A model generated the notes under the pieces. The model was not told the DNA's origin. It was given only the letters and a program-made list of their open reading frames with translations, and searched no databases. Shown here one piece after another: positions 39,412 through 47,657 of a stretch of DNA of 64,000 nt. A program made the position numbers and the translations under genes. The DNA comes from Anaerolineae bacterium (GTDB lineage: Bacteria > Chloroflexota > Anaerolineae > S140-20): contig JALUTT010000077.1 in assembly GCA_027021705.1 (NCBI GenBank), positions 62,586-126,585 on the forward strand. Direction: 5' to 3'. How positions within the stretch are numbered: position 1 is the first letter of the stretch; each line of letters opens with the position of its first letter.

Positions 39412-40274
39412 GCCTTCTCCAGGACCTGCGGGGCCAATATCATCGTCAGATCTGCCAGACCATCCTGGGTGAGCGCAATGGCGTCTTGAACAACGCGGAT
39501 AAAGGCAGTCGGATCAGCCGCAAGTTGGCCCAGGGGATCGCAGAGCAGCTACCCTATGCTCTGTGCCCTCATCCTCCTTTGGGGCAACGAGCAGGAAGCC
39601 TTTTCGAGAAGGCAACCAGTTGGTTTCTGGAAGAAGCTTTTCGGTTATTGGCCCATATTCGCCCCGGTAGGTGGGGATTCTTCGTTGCTGACCCGGATCA
39701 TCCTTCCCGAGACATCACCCATTTTGAGCAGTATGAGCATTTATCTTCACTCAGTCGCATCATCTCCGAACATCCTGAATTGTCCACGGTACTGGGCGCT
39801 GAATACTTGGTCAAGCCCGACATCTTGATCGGACGGTATCCGTTGGAAGATGCGGAGATTGATGCTCGGCAGGCTGTTCTCCAGGAGAGCGAGGCGGTCG
39901 CCCGTTTGACGCCCCTACGTAAGAAGAATCGGTCTCCTGTGACATGGTTGCTCCACGCCAGTGTCTCTTGCAAATGGACGATTCGCAGCGACCGCGCCCA
40001 AAATATACGTACTGAGGCATTGAACCTGATCCGTAATCGTAAGGGACATACACCGCACATTGTGGCTGTTACGGCTGAACCTATGCCGACCCGCATAGCT
40101 TCGCTTGCTTTGGGGACTGGTGACATAGATTGCGTCTATCACTTCGCGCTACAGGAGCTCATTGCGGCTACTCAGAGCGCAGGGAGTGAAAGCCAACAGG
40201 AGATGCTGGAAACACTCGTTGCAGGACGGCGGTTACGCGACATTACCGACTTGCCCTTTGACCTAGTTGCGTAA
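39408..40274 (+). CDS. NgoMIV-family type II restriction endonuclease
   Basis: YLVKPDIL, LHASVSCKWTIRSDRAQN, EALNLIRNRKG..PHIV.VTAEP, GTGDIDCVYH; lower GC. Confidence 0.85.
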   Translation: MSLLQDLRGQYHRQICQTILGERNGVLNNADKGSRISRKLAQGIAEQLPYALCPHPPLGQRAGSLFEKATSWFLEEAFRLLAHIRPGRWGFFVADPDHPSRDITHFEQYEHLSSLSRIISEHPELSTVLGAEYLVKPDILIGRYPLEDAEIDARQAVLQESEAVARLTPLRKKNRSPVTWLLHASVSCKWTIRSDRAQNIRTEALNLIRNRKGHTPHIVAVTAEPMPTRIASLALGTGDIDCVYHFALQELIAATQSAGSESQQEMLETLVAGRRLRDITDLPFDLVA

Positions 40275-41232
40275 ACAAGTGGACGCAGTTTGGTCAACGT
40301 TGCGAGACCAATCAGTTCTGGTCACCGGCGCAACCGGCTTCATCGGTCGGGCGCTGACCCAACGGCTGATCGCCTTGGGGGCTCAGGTAACCCTCTTCCT
40401 CCGGCCTCACCACGCCTCCAAACCGCTGCCCTGGTCTCCCTCGGGCGTCCATTGGGGAGAGATCCAGGATGGCGAGGCCGTGGCCCGGGCGGTGGAAGCG
40501 ACGAGGCCCCGTTTCGTCTTCCACCTGGCGGCGGTGGGCGCCACCGAGCCCTGGGTGGACGAGGACCTGGCGCTGGCGGTGAACCTGCGGGGAACCCTTC
40601 ACCTGCTGCGGGCCCTGCGCCGGCTCCAGGCGTCGGGGGAAGACGTGAGCCGGGTGGTCCTGGCCGGCACCGCCTACGAGTACGGGGAGCGGCGCGGCGT
40701 CGAGGGGCTGGACCCTCCCAACGTCTACGCGGCCTCCAAGGTGGCTGCCTGGGCCTTCGCCCGGGTCTACCATCGGGCTTACGGGCTCCCCCTGGTGGTC
40801 GTGCGGCCCTTCAACACCTACGGGCCGGGCCAACGGCCGCCCGCCCTGGTGGCCGCTGCGTTGCAGGCAGCCCTGGAGGGGCGTGACTTCCCCACCACGC
40901 CGGGGGAGCAGCGGCGCGACTTCATCTACATTGACGACGTGGTGGAGGGCCTCCTGGTGGCTGCCACCGCGCCCGAGATCGAGGGGGAGAGCCTGGACCT
41001 GGGCACGGGCATCTCCACGCCCATAGGCGAGGTGGTGACCCGCATCTACGAATTGGTAGGCGGACCGGGGCGTCCTCGGATCGGCGCGTTGCCCCCCCGT
41101 CCGGGCACCCTCTGGGACCTGCGGGCCGATGCCCGACGGACGACCCAACTCACCGGCTGGCAAGCCCGCGTGGGATTGGAACAAGGATTGCCCAGAACGG
41201 TAGAGCAGGCTCGGATACCATTGGAGGGGTAG
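40267..41232 (+). CDS. NAD-dependent nucleotide-sugar epimerase/dehydratase/reductase (extended SDR)
   Basis: TGATGFIG, FHLAA, YAASK, RPFNTYGPG, RDFIYIDD; exact start uncertain. Confidence 0.88.
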   Translation: MRKQVDAVWSTLRDQSVLVTGATGFIGRALTQRLIALGAQVTLFLRPHHASKPLPWSPSGVHWGEIQDGEAVARAVEATRPRFVFHLAAVGATEPWVDEDLALAVNLRGTLHLLRALRRLQASGEDVSRVVLAGTAYEYGERRGVEGLDPPNVYAASKVAAWAFARVYHRAYGLPLVVVRPFNTYGPGQRPPALVAAALQAALEGRDFPTTPGEQRRDFIYIDDVVEGLLVAATAPEIEGESLDLGTGISTPIGEVVTRIYELVGGPGRPRIGALPPRPGTLWDLRADARRTTQLTGWQARVGLEQGLPRTVEQARIPLEG

Positions 41233-41236
41233 GGGT

Positions 41237-41635
41237 ATGGAAAGGGAAAAGCAAGTCATTACTCTAGAGCTGTCACCCGCAGTCCAGGAGGTCCTGGACG
41301 CCCTCGAAGGGGATACGGTGGGGCACAAGATCGCCCGACTGGTTTACAATGAGAGCCGGCGCTACCTGGAAGCCTGCGAGCGGGAGATCCTGGAGTTGGA
41401 GATGAAGTATGGTATGTCGTTTGAAGAATTCCAACGCCGCTTGCAGGAGGGAGAATTGGGAGACCCTTTCTCTTACCCCTTGGAAGAAGACGCTATGCGG
41501 TGGGAAGACCTGATCGCCGAGAAAGCTCATTGGCTGGCCCACTTGAAACGGATCGCCTCGGATGCGAGACCTTCTCCAGAAGTAAACGTAGACGATATTT
41601 GTACACTCAGGAGAAACAATGATTACAACGCTTGA
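41237..41635 (+). CDS. Hypothetical small protein (possible antitoxin-like)
   Basis: RBS present; LEMKYGMSFEEF...ED...WE pattern resembles small putative antitoxins; overlaps the rfbH start. Confidence 0.5.
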   Translation: MEREKQVITLELSPAVQEVLDALEGDTVGHKIARLVYNESRRYLEACEREILELEMKYGMSFEEFQRRLQEGELGDPFSYPLEEDAMRWEDLIAEKAHWLAHLKRIASDARPSPEVNVDDICTLRRNNDYNA

Positions 41636-43004
41636 GAGACTCGGTACGGCCCAGATCGTCGAGGCCCTCGAGGAGCTCCCGGCGGACCAGCAGAAGGAAA
41701 TCCTGCGCCGGCAGATCCTCGACCTGGTGGCCCACTACACCCGGATCGCCCACGCCCCGCGCCCCTTCGTGCCCGGCGAAACCCGGGTCCACTACGCCGG
41801 CCGCGTCTTCGACGAAGACGAACTGGTCCACGCCGTGGACGCGGTGCTCGATTTCTGGCTCACCTTTGGCCGCTTCTCCCAGGCCTTCGAGCAGGGATTG
41901 AAAGCCTTCCTGGGGGTGCGGGACGTGATCCCCGTCAACTCCGGCTCCTCGGCCAACCTGGTCGCCATCACCGCCCTCACCTCCTCGCGGCTGGAGCGGC
42001 CCCTGCAGCCCGGCGACGAGGTGATCACGCCGGCGATGGCCTTCCCCACCACCATTGCTCCCCTGGTCCAGAACAACCTGGTCCCCGTCTTCGTGGACTG
42101 CGAGATCGGCACCTACAACCTGGACGTGGAGCAGTTGGAAGCCGCCCTCTCCCCCCGCACACGGGCCATCTTCTTCGCCCACACCCTGGGCAACCCGGCC
42201 CCAATGGACCTCATCGTCGAGTTCGCCCGCCGGCACGACCTCTACCTGATCGAAGATGCCTGCGACGCCCTGGGGTCCACCTTCGACGGCCAGATGGTCG
42301 GCACCTTTGGCCATTTCGGCACCCTCAGCTTCTACCCGGCCCACCACATCACCACCGGCGAGGGAGGGGCCGTCTTCACCAACCGCCCGCGCCTGGGCAA
42401 GATCGCCCGCACGGTGCGTGACTGGGGGCGGGACTGCTGGTGCGGCTACCGGAACCCGCCCGACGGCGTCTGCGGTCGCCGCTTCGAGTGGAAGATCGAG
42501 GCCCTGGGCACCACCTACGACCACCGTTACCTCTTCACCGAGATCGGCTACAACCTGAAGATGACCGACCTCCAGGCGGCCATCGGGGTGGCCCAACTGC
42601 AGAAGCTCCCCGACTTCATCGCTGCCCGCAAGCGCAACTTCCGCCGGCTCTACGAAGGGCTCAAGCCCTACGAGGAGTACTTGCTCCTGCCTACCTGGCA
42701 CCCCAAAGCCGACCCCTCTTGGTTCGCCTTCCCTTTGCTGGTGCGCGAAGGAGCGCCCTTCCAGCGGGAGGACCTGACCCGCTTCCTGGAGTCCCGCAAC
42801 ATCGAAACCCGGCTCCTCTTCGCCGGCAACATCCTGAAGCAGCCGGCCTACCGCCACATCCGCCACCGGATCGTAGGCGACCTGCCCAACACCGACCGGG
42901 TGATGCGCAACGCTTTCTTCGTCGGCGTCTACCCCGGCCTGGACGAGGCCCGTCTGGACTACATGCTCGCCACCTTCGCCGACTTCTTCCGCCGCTTCGG
43001 ATAG
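41619..43004 (+). CDS. rfbH: CDP-4-keto-6-deoxy-D-glucose 3-dehydrase (RfbH/DdhC)
   Basis: NSGSSANL, EDACDALGS, SFYPAHHITTGEGG (His in place of the PLP Lys), DWGRDCWC Fe-S motif, YDHRY, SWFAF. Confidence 0.92.
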   Translation: MITTLERLGTAQIVEALEELPADQQKEILRRQILDLVAHYTRIAHAPRPFVPGETRVHYAGRVFDEDELVHAVDAVLDFWLTFGRFSQAFEQGLKAFLGVRDVIPVNSGSSANLVAITALTSSRLERPLQPGDEVITPAMAFPTTIAPLVQNNLVPVFVDCEIGTYNLDVEQLEAALSPRTRAIFFAHTLGNPAPMDLIVEFARRHDLYLIEDACDALGSTFDGQMVGTFGHFGTLSFYPAHHITTGEGGAVFTNRPRLGKIARTVRDWGRDCWCGYRNPPDGVCGRRFEWKIEALGTTYDHRYLFTEIGYNLKMTDLQAAIGVAQLQKLPDFIAARKRNFRRLYEGLKPYEEYLLLPTWHPKADPSWFAFPLLVREGAPFQREDLTRFLESRNIETRLLFAGNILKQPAYRHIRHRIVGDLPNTDRVMRNAFFVGVYPGLDEARLDYMLATFADFFRRFG

Positions 43005-43048
43005 GGGCAAACCCGCAACCCGTAACACGCGACACGGGGCACATCTCG

Positions 43049-43744
43049 ATGAAACTCACCATCCTGATCTGTGTCTACAACGAACGCAAGACCATCCTCA
43101 CCGTCCTGGACCAAGTCCGCGCCGTGGACCTGGGAGAGGGCTGGGAGAAGGAGATCCTGGTCGTGGACAACTTCTCCACCGACGGGACCCGAGAACTGCT
43201 CCGGTCCGTGGAAGGGCCGGAGGTGCGGGTGATCTACCACCCCCGCAACCTGGGCAAGGGGGCCTCCGTTCGCACCGGCATCGCCCACGCCACCGGCGAC
43301 TACCTGGTCATCCAGGACGCCGACCTGGAGTACGACCCGGCGGATTTGCCGCTGCTGCTGGAGAAGATCAACCCCACCCACACCGTGGCCGTCTTCGGAT
43401 CGCGCCGTCTGGGCGGGCGGGCCATCTACCGCTACGCCAAGAACTACTGGGGCGTCGTCTTCCTGACGGCGCTGACCAACTGGCTTTTCGGGGGCCGGCT
43501 GACCGACGTGGCGGTGGGGACCAAGATGGTGCGGCTGGACGTGCTGCGTTCGTTGAACCTGCGCGGCTCCGGCTTCGACCTGGACTTTGAACTGCCCTGC
43601 AAGCTGCTCAAGGCCGGCCACGACATCGTCGAAGTGCCCATCTCCTACAAGCCCCGGACGGTCGAGGAGGGGAAGAAGATCCGGGCCTTCCGCGACGGCC
43701 TGCGAGCCCTTTGGGTCATCCTCCGCGAGCGCCTGATCGGGTAG
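43049..43744 (+). CDS. Glycosyltransferase family 2 (DPM synthase-like)
   Basis: MKLTILICVYNE, VDNFSTDGT, NLGKGA, IQDADLEYDP; the real start is ATG 43049 inside the 42440 ORF. Confidence 0.9.
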   Translation: MKLTILICVYNERKTILTVLDQVRAVDLGEGWEKEILVVDNFSTDGTRELLRSVEGPEVRVIYHPRNLGKGASVRTGIAHATGDYLVIQDADLEYDPADLPLLLEKINPTHTVAVFGSRRLGGRAIYRYAKNYWGVVFLTALTNWLFGGRLTDVAVGTKMVRLDVLRSLNLRGSGFDLDFELPCKLLKAGHDIVEVPISYKPRTVEEGKKIRAFRDGLRALWVILRERLIG

Positions 43745-43752
43745 ATTGCATA

Positions 43753-44289
43753 ATGGATTCCGAGGAACGAAAGCCGTTTCCCAACCGGTGGCAGAGCCGG
43801 ATAGGTGAATATTTCGCCTCCTGGGCAGACCAGGTGGTCCTGGTCTACCTCTTCGGCTCCTGGGCAACAGGGCGAGTCTGGGCTCAGAGCGACTTGGACC
43901 TGGGCGTGCTCTTTGATAGGGCATTGCCCCGCCGGGAGCGATGGGAACTGACCCTCCGTTTCGAGGTTGACTTGGTCGGCTTGCTGAAAGACAAAGGAGA
44001 GATAGATGTGCGGGAACTGAATACCGCGCCGCTCGCCTTCCGTTACCAGGTGATCCGTCATCAACAATGCCTGTATGCCCGCAGTGAAGCCGAGCGAGTT
44101 GCCTTTGAAGCCTACGTGATCAGCGACTACTGCGATTTTAAGCCGGTTCGAGACCGTTACTACCGCTATATGGCCGAGCGACTCCGGCAGGGGGATGTAA
44201 ACTATGCGCTTGCCTCTGGACAACGTCTGGTCGCTCCTCGACCTGCTACGTCAGCAGCGAGACCTTCTTCTGGAGTTACGAGAGATTGA
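43753..44289 (+). CDS. Minimal nucleotidyltransferase antitoxin (MntA-like)
   Basis: YLFGSWATG...SDLDLGV (GSX10DXD), IDV..LN.AP. Confidence 0.85.
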   Translation: MDSEERKPFPNRWQSRIGEYFASWADQVVLVYLFGSWATGRVWAQSDLDLGVLFDRALPRRERWELTLRFEVDLVGLLKDKGEIDVRELNTAPLAFRYQVIRHQQCLYARSEAERVAFEAYVISDYCDFKPVRDRYYRYMAERLRQGDVNYALASGQRLVAPRPATSAARPSSGVTRD

Positions 44290-44650
44290 CTATGCTGACT
44301 TCCTTCAGAATCTCGAACGGCAGTACGCCGTCAAACACGCCCTTCTGCTGGCGATTCAGATCACGCTGGACATCTGCGCCCATCTGATCGCTATTGCCGG
44401 TAGAGGTGTTCCTGATGAATATCGGCAATTGCCTTTGGCCCTGGCCAAGATGGGGGTGATTTCTGACTCTCTTGCTGAGCGGTTAGCCCTGGCAGCAGGG
44501 TTCCGCAATCGCTTGGTGCATGCCTACCGAGACGTAGCTCTGGAGATGGTGTACGAATTTCTATTTGAGGACCTCGGCGACTTCGACGAGTTCCTGCAAG
44601 ACGTCTCGAAGTTCCTGGAACGGATGTCCCGGAACCAGGAGGAGGGATGA
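44204..44650 (+). CDS. HEPN (DUF86/HepT-like) toxin
   Basis: GFRNRLVHAY (RX4H followed by Tyr); directly after the MNT gene. Confidence 0.85.
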   Translation: MRLPLDNVWSLLDLLRQQRDLLLELREIDYADFLQNLERQYAVKHALLLAIQITLDICAHLIAIAGRGVPDEYRQLPLALAKMGVISDSLAERLALAAGFRNRLVHAYRDVALEMVYEFLFEDLGDFDEFLQDVSKFLERMSRNQEEG

Positions 44651-44653
44651 GCC

Positions 44654-45622
44654 ATGAAGGTGGTGATCACCGGCTCCATCGCTTACGACTACATTATGTC
44701 CTTCCCCGGCTACTTCAAGGAGCACATCCTGCCGGATCGGATCGAACGGCTGAGCCTCAGCTTCCTGGTGGATTCGATGCGGAAGCAGCGGGGCGGCTGC
44801 GCCACCAACATCGCCTACAACCTGGCCCTGCTGGGCGAGCGCCCCAAGGTGATGGCCACGGCCGGCGAGGACTTCGCCGAGTACCGGGCCTGGCTGGAGG
44901 CCCACGGCGTGGACACCTCGGCCATCGTCGAGATCCCCGGCGAGTTCACCGCCTCCTTCTTCGTCAGCACCGACCGGGCCAACAACCAGATCGCCAGCTT
45001 CTACACGGGGGCGATGGCCTATGCCCACACCCTCTCCTTCCGGGAGAACAACCTGGGACCTGTGGACCTGGTGGTCATCTCCCCCAACGACCCCCGGGCG
45101 ATGGAGCGCTACGTGGAGGAGTGTCGGGACCTGGGGCTGCCCTACCTCTACGATCCCAGCCAGCAGATCGTCCGCCTCTCCCCGGAAGCCCTGCGGACCG
45201 GCATCGAGGGGGCCCGCATCCTGACCGTCAACGACTACGAGTTCGAGCTGATCCGGGAGAAGACGGGGCTCGCCGAAGAGGATGTGCTGGAATGCACCGA
45301 GGTGCTGGTCATCACCCGGGGTGAGCAGGGTTCCACCATCATCACCCGGAAGGGGCGGCTGGAGATCCCACCGGTCCCCCCCACCACCGTCGTGGACCCC
45401 ACCGGGGTGGGGGACGCCTACCGGGCCGGCCTCATCAAGGGGATGGCGTTGAACCTGCCCTGGGAGATCGCCGGGCGGATGGGGAGCGTGGCTGCCACCT
45501 ACGTCCTGGAGCAGGCCGGCACCCAGAACCACCGCTACACGCTGGAGGAGTTCGTCGCCCGCTTCCGCCAGCACTTCGACGACGGCGGAGCCCTGGACGC
45601 CCTCCTGACCCACGATACGTAA
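44654..45622 (+). CDS. PfkB-family carbohydrate/nucleoside kinase (adenosine kinase-like)
   Basis: TGSIAYD, GGCATNIAY, NDYE, TRGEQG, DPTGVGDAYRAG. Confidence 0.9.
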   Translation: MKVVITGSIAYDYIMSFPGYFKEHILPDRIERLSLSFLVDSMRKQRGGCATNIAYNLALLGERPKVMATAGEDFAEYRAWLEAHGVDTSAIVEIPGEFTASFFVSTDRANNQIASFYTGAMAYAHTLSFRENNLGPVDLVVISPNDPRAMERYVEECRDLGLPYLYDPSQQIVRLSPEALRTGIEGARILTVNDYEFELIREKTGLAEEDVLECTEVLVITRGEQGSTIITRKGRLEIPPVPPTTVVDPTGVGDAYRAGLIKGMALNLPWEIAGRMGSVAATYVLEQAGTQNHRYTLEEFVARFRQHFDDGGALDALLTHDT

Positions 45623-45638
45623 CGCGCAACACGTCCCC

Positions 45639-46412
45639 ATGTGGCACCCCCGGCGGTTGACCGATAAGGGCGAGATCCTGGCCTTCCTGGAGCAAGACCG
45701 CCTCTACGCCGCCTACGCCATCGGCGACCTCGAGGCCGGTCCCTTCGAGCTGAGCGACTGGGCCGGCGCCGTCCGGGGTGACCGGCTGGAGACCTTGGCC
45801 CTCCACTACCGGGGGCTGGACCCGCCGGTGCTCTTCCTGATGGGAGAGCCGGACGGTCTCCCTGCCATCCTGCGGATGATCCTCCGTCCTCGTCGGGTCT
45901 ACCTGACCTGTCTGCAGGAGCACTGGCCGGCCATCCGGGCCTTCTACCGGGCCGATCCCCCCCAGGTGATGTGGCGGATGGTGCTGCGGCCGGCCGACTT
46001 CCGCCCGGTCTCCCACCCCGACGTCGTCCCGCTGGGGCCCATCGCCGTGCCCCAGTTGGAGCAGCTCTACGCCTTGGGCGGGGCCGACGCCTTCAGCCCC
46101 ACCCAGGTCGCCACCGGCGTCTTCTACGGCGTCCGCCTTCACGGCCGTCTGGTCTCGGCGGCCGGCACCCACTTGGTCAGCCCCACCTATCGCGTCGCAG
46201 CCGTGGGCAACGTCTTCACCGCGCCCGAGTACCGGGGGCGGGGATACGCCACGGCGGCCACCAGCGCCGTCGTCGCCGAACTGCTAAAACGGGGCATCCA
46301 AGACGTGGTGCTCAACGTGGCCCGGGACAACGCGCCGGCCATCCGCATCTACCGGCGGCTCGGCTTTCGGGAACACTGCCTCTTCCTGGAAGGGCTGGCG
46401 GTCCGCCGCTGA
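45639..46412 (+). CDS. GNAT N-acetyltransferase (FR47-like)
   Basis: VGNVFTAPEYRGRGYA, NAPAIRIYRRLGF. Confidence 0.88.
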   Translation: MWHPRRLTDKGEILAFLEQDRLYAAYAIGDLEAGPFELSDWAGAVRGDRLETLALHYRGLDPPVLFLMGEPDGLPAILRMILRPRRVYLTCLQEHWPAIRAFYRADPPQVMWRMVLRPADFRPVSHPDVVPLGPIAVPQLEQLYALGGADAFSPTQVATGVFYGVRLHGRLVSAAGTHLVSPTYRVAAVGNVFTAPEYRGRGYATAATSAVVAELLKRGIQDVVLNVARDNAPAIRIYRRLGFREHCLFLEGLAVRR

Positions 46413-46447
46413 GCGGGGAGAGCGGAGGGCAAGTGAGGTAAGGGAGG

Positions 46448-46765
46448 ATGGAAACGGGCGCTTGGACCGTTGTAGCCGATGGGGAGGGAGCCCGCTTCGC
46501 CGTGCGGGTGGTGCCCCGGGCGAAGCGGAGCGAGGTGATGGGAGTCCAGGGGGAGGCCCTGAAGGTTCGGGTGGCCGCCCCCCCTGTGGAAGGAAAGGCC
46601 AACGAAGCGTTGCGGGCCTTCCTGGCCGAGCGGCTGGGCCTGCGCCGGCAGCAAGTGGAGATCGTCGCCGGCCACCGAGGACGCCGGAAGGTGGTGCGGG
46701 TGCAGGGCCTCTCCCCCCGGCAGGTGCGGGAACGGCTGTTGGGCCCCGAAGCCCCGGAGAAGTGA
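46448..46765 (+). CDS. DUF167 (YggU) family protein
   Basis: VRVVPRA...LKVRVAAPPVEGKAN. Confidence 0.88.
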   Translation: METGAWTVVADGEGARFAVRVVPRAKRSEVMGVQGEALKVRVAAPPVEGKANEALRAFLAERLGLRRQQVEIVAGHRGRRKVVRVQGLSPRQVRERLLGPEAPEK

Positions 46766-46775
46766 GCGTCGCACG

Positions 46776-47615
46776 ATGGACCTATTTCGTCTCCTGATCG
46801 GTATGGTGCTCAGCAGCGCCATCGGACTGGCCGGCTACCGGGCCGAGGCGCTGTCGTTGAGCGGCGTCCTGGGAGCCATCCTCACCGGGACGGTGATCTT
46901 CGGCTTCGGCGGCTGGAGTTGGGGGTTGCTGCTCATCGCCTTCTTCGTCTCCTCCAGCCTGCTCTCCCGCTACCGGGAGGCGGAGAAGGAGACCCTGGCG
47001 GAGAAGTTCGCCAAGGGCCACCGGCGGGACCTGGGGCAGGCCCTGGCCAACGGCGGCTGGGGAGCGATCCTGGCCCTGGCCTACGCCTTCGGCGGCGGAG
47101 GGCGGCTCCTCTGGGCCGCCTTCACCGGGGCGATGGCGGCGGTCACCGCCGACACCTGGGCCACCGAGGTTGGGGTGCTCAGCCCGCAGCGGCCCCGCCT
47201 GATCACCACGGGGCAGCCGGTGCCCGTGGGGACCTCCGGCGCGGTGAGCCGGCTGGGCACGCTGGCCGCGCTGAGCGGCTCCCTCTTCATCGGCCTGACG
47301 ATGCTCCTCTTCCAGGTCGCCGGCTCGGCCTTGGGGAACAGGCCGGGCCTCTGGAACGACGTCTTCATCGTGCCGGCCGGGGCGGCCGGCGGGCTGGTGG
47401 GAACGGTCGTGGACAGCCTGCTGGGGGCCACGGTCCAGGCCATCTACTACTGCGATCGCTGCCGGAAAGAGACGGAGCAGAAGGTCCACCGCTGCGGTCG
47501 GCGCACCCACCGCCTGCGGGGCTGGCGCTGGCTGAACAACGACGTGGTGAACTTCCTGAGCGCCGTGGCCGGCAGCGGAGCCGCCCTGCTGGTGGGGCTC
47601 CTGGGATGGGGGTAG
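46776..47615 (+). CDS. DUF92 (TMEM19-like) membrane protein
   Basis: QALANGG, ADTWATEVG, GTSGAVS..G, DSLLGATVQ, NDVVN. Confidence 0.9.
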   Translation: MDLFRLLIGMVLSSAIGLAGYRAEALSLSGVLGAILTGTVIFGFGGWSWGLLLIAFFVSSSLLSRYREAEKETLAEKFAKGHRRDLGQALANGGWGAILALAYAFGGGGRLLWAAFTGAMAAVTADTWATEVGVLSPQRPRLITTGQPVPVGTSGAVSRLGTLAALSGSLFIGLTMLLFQVAGSALGNRPGLWNDVFIVPAGAAGGLVGTVVDSLLGATVQAIYYCDRCRKETEQKVHRCGRRTHRLRGWRWLNNDVVNFLSAVAGSGAALLVGLLGWG

Positions 47616-47657
47616 AGCGATTCGTGTATTCGTGCCCCATTCGCGGAGTAACGCACG

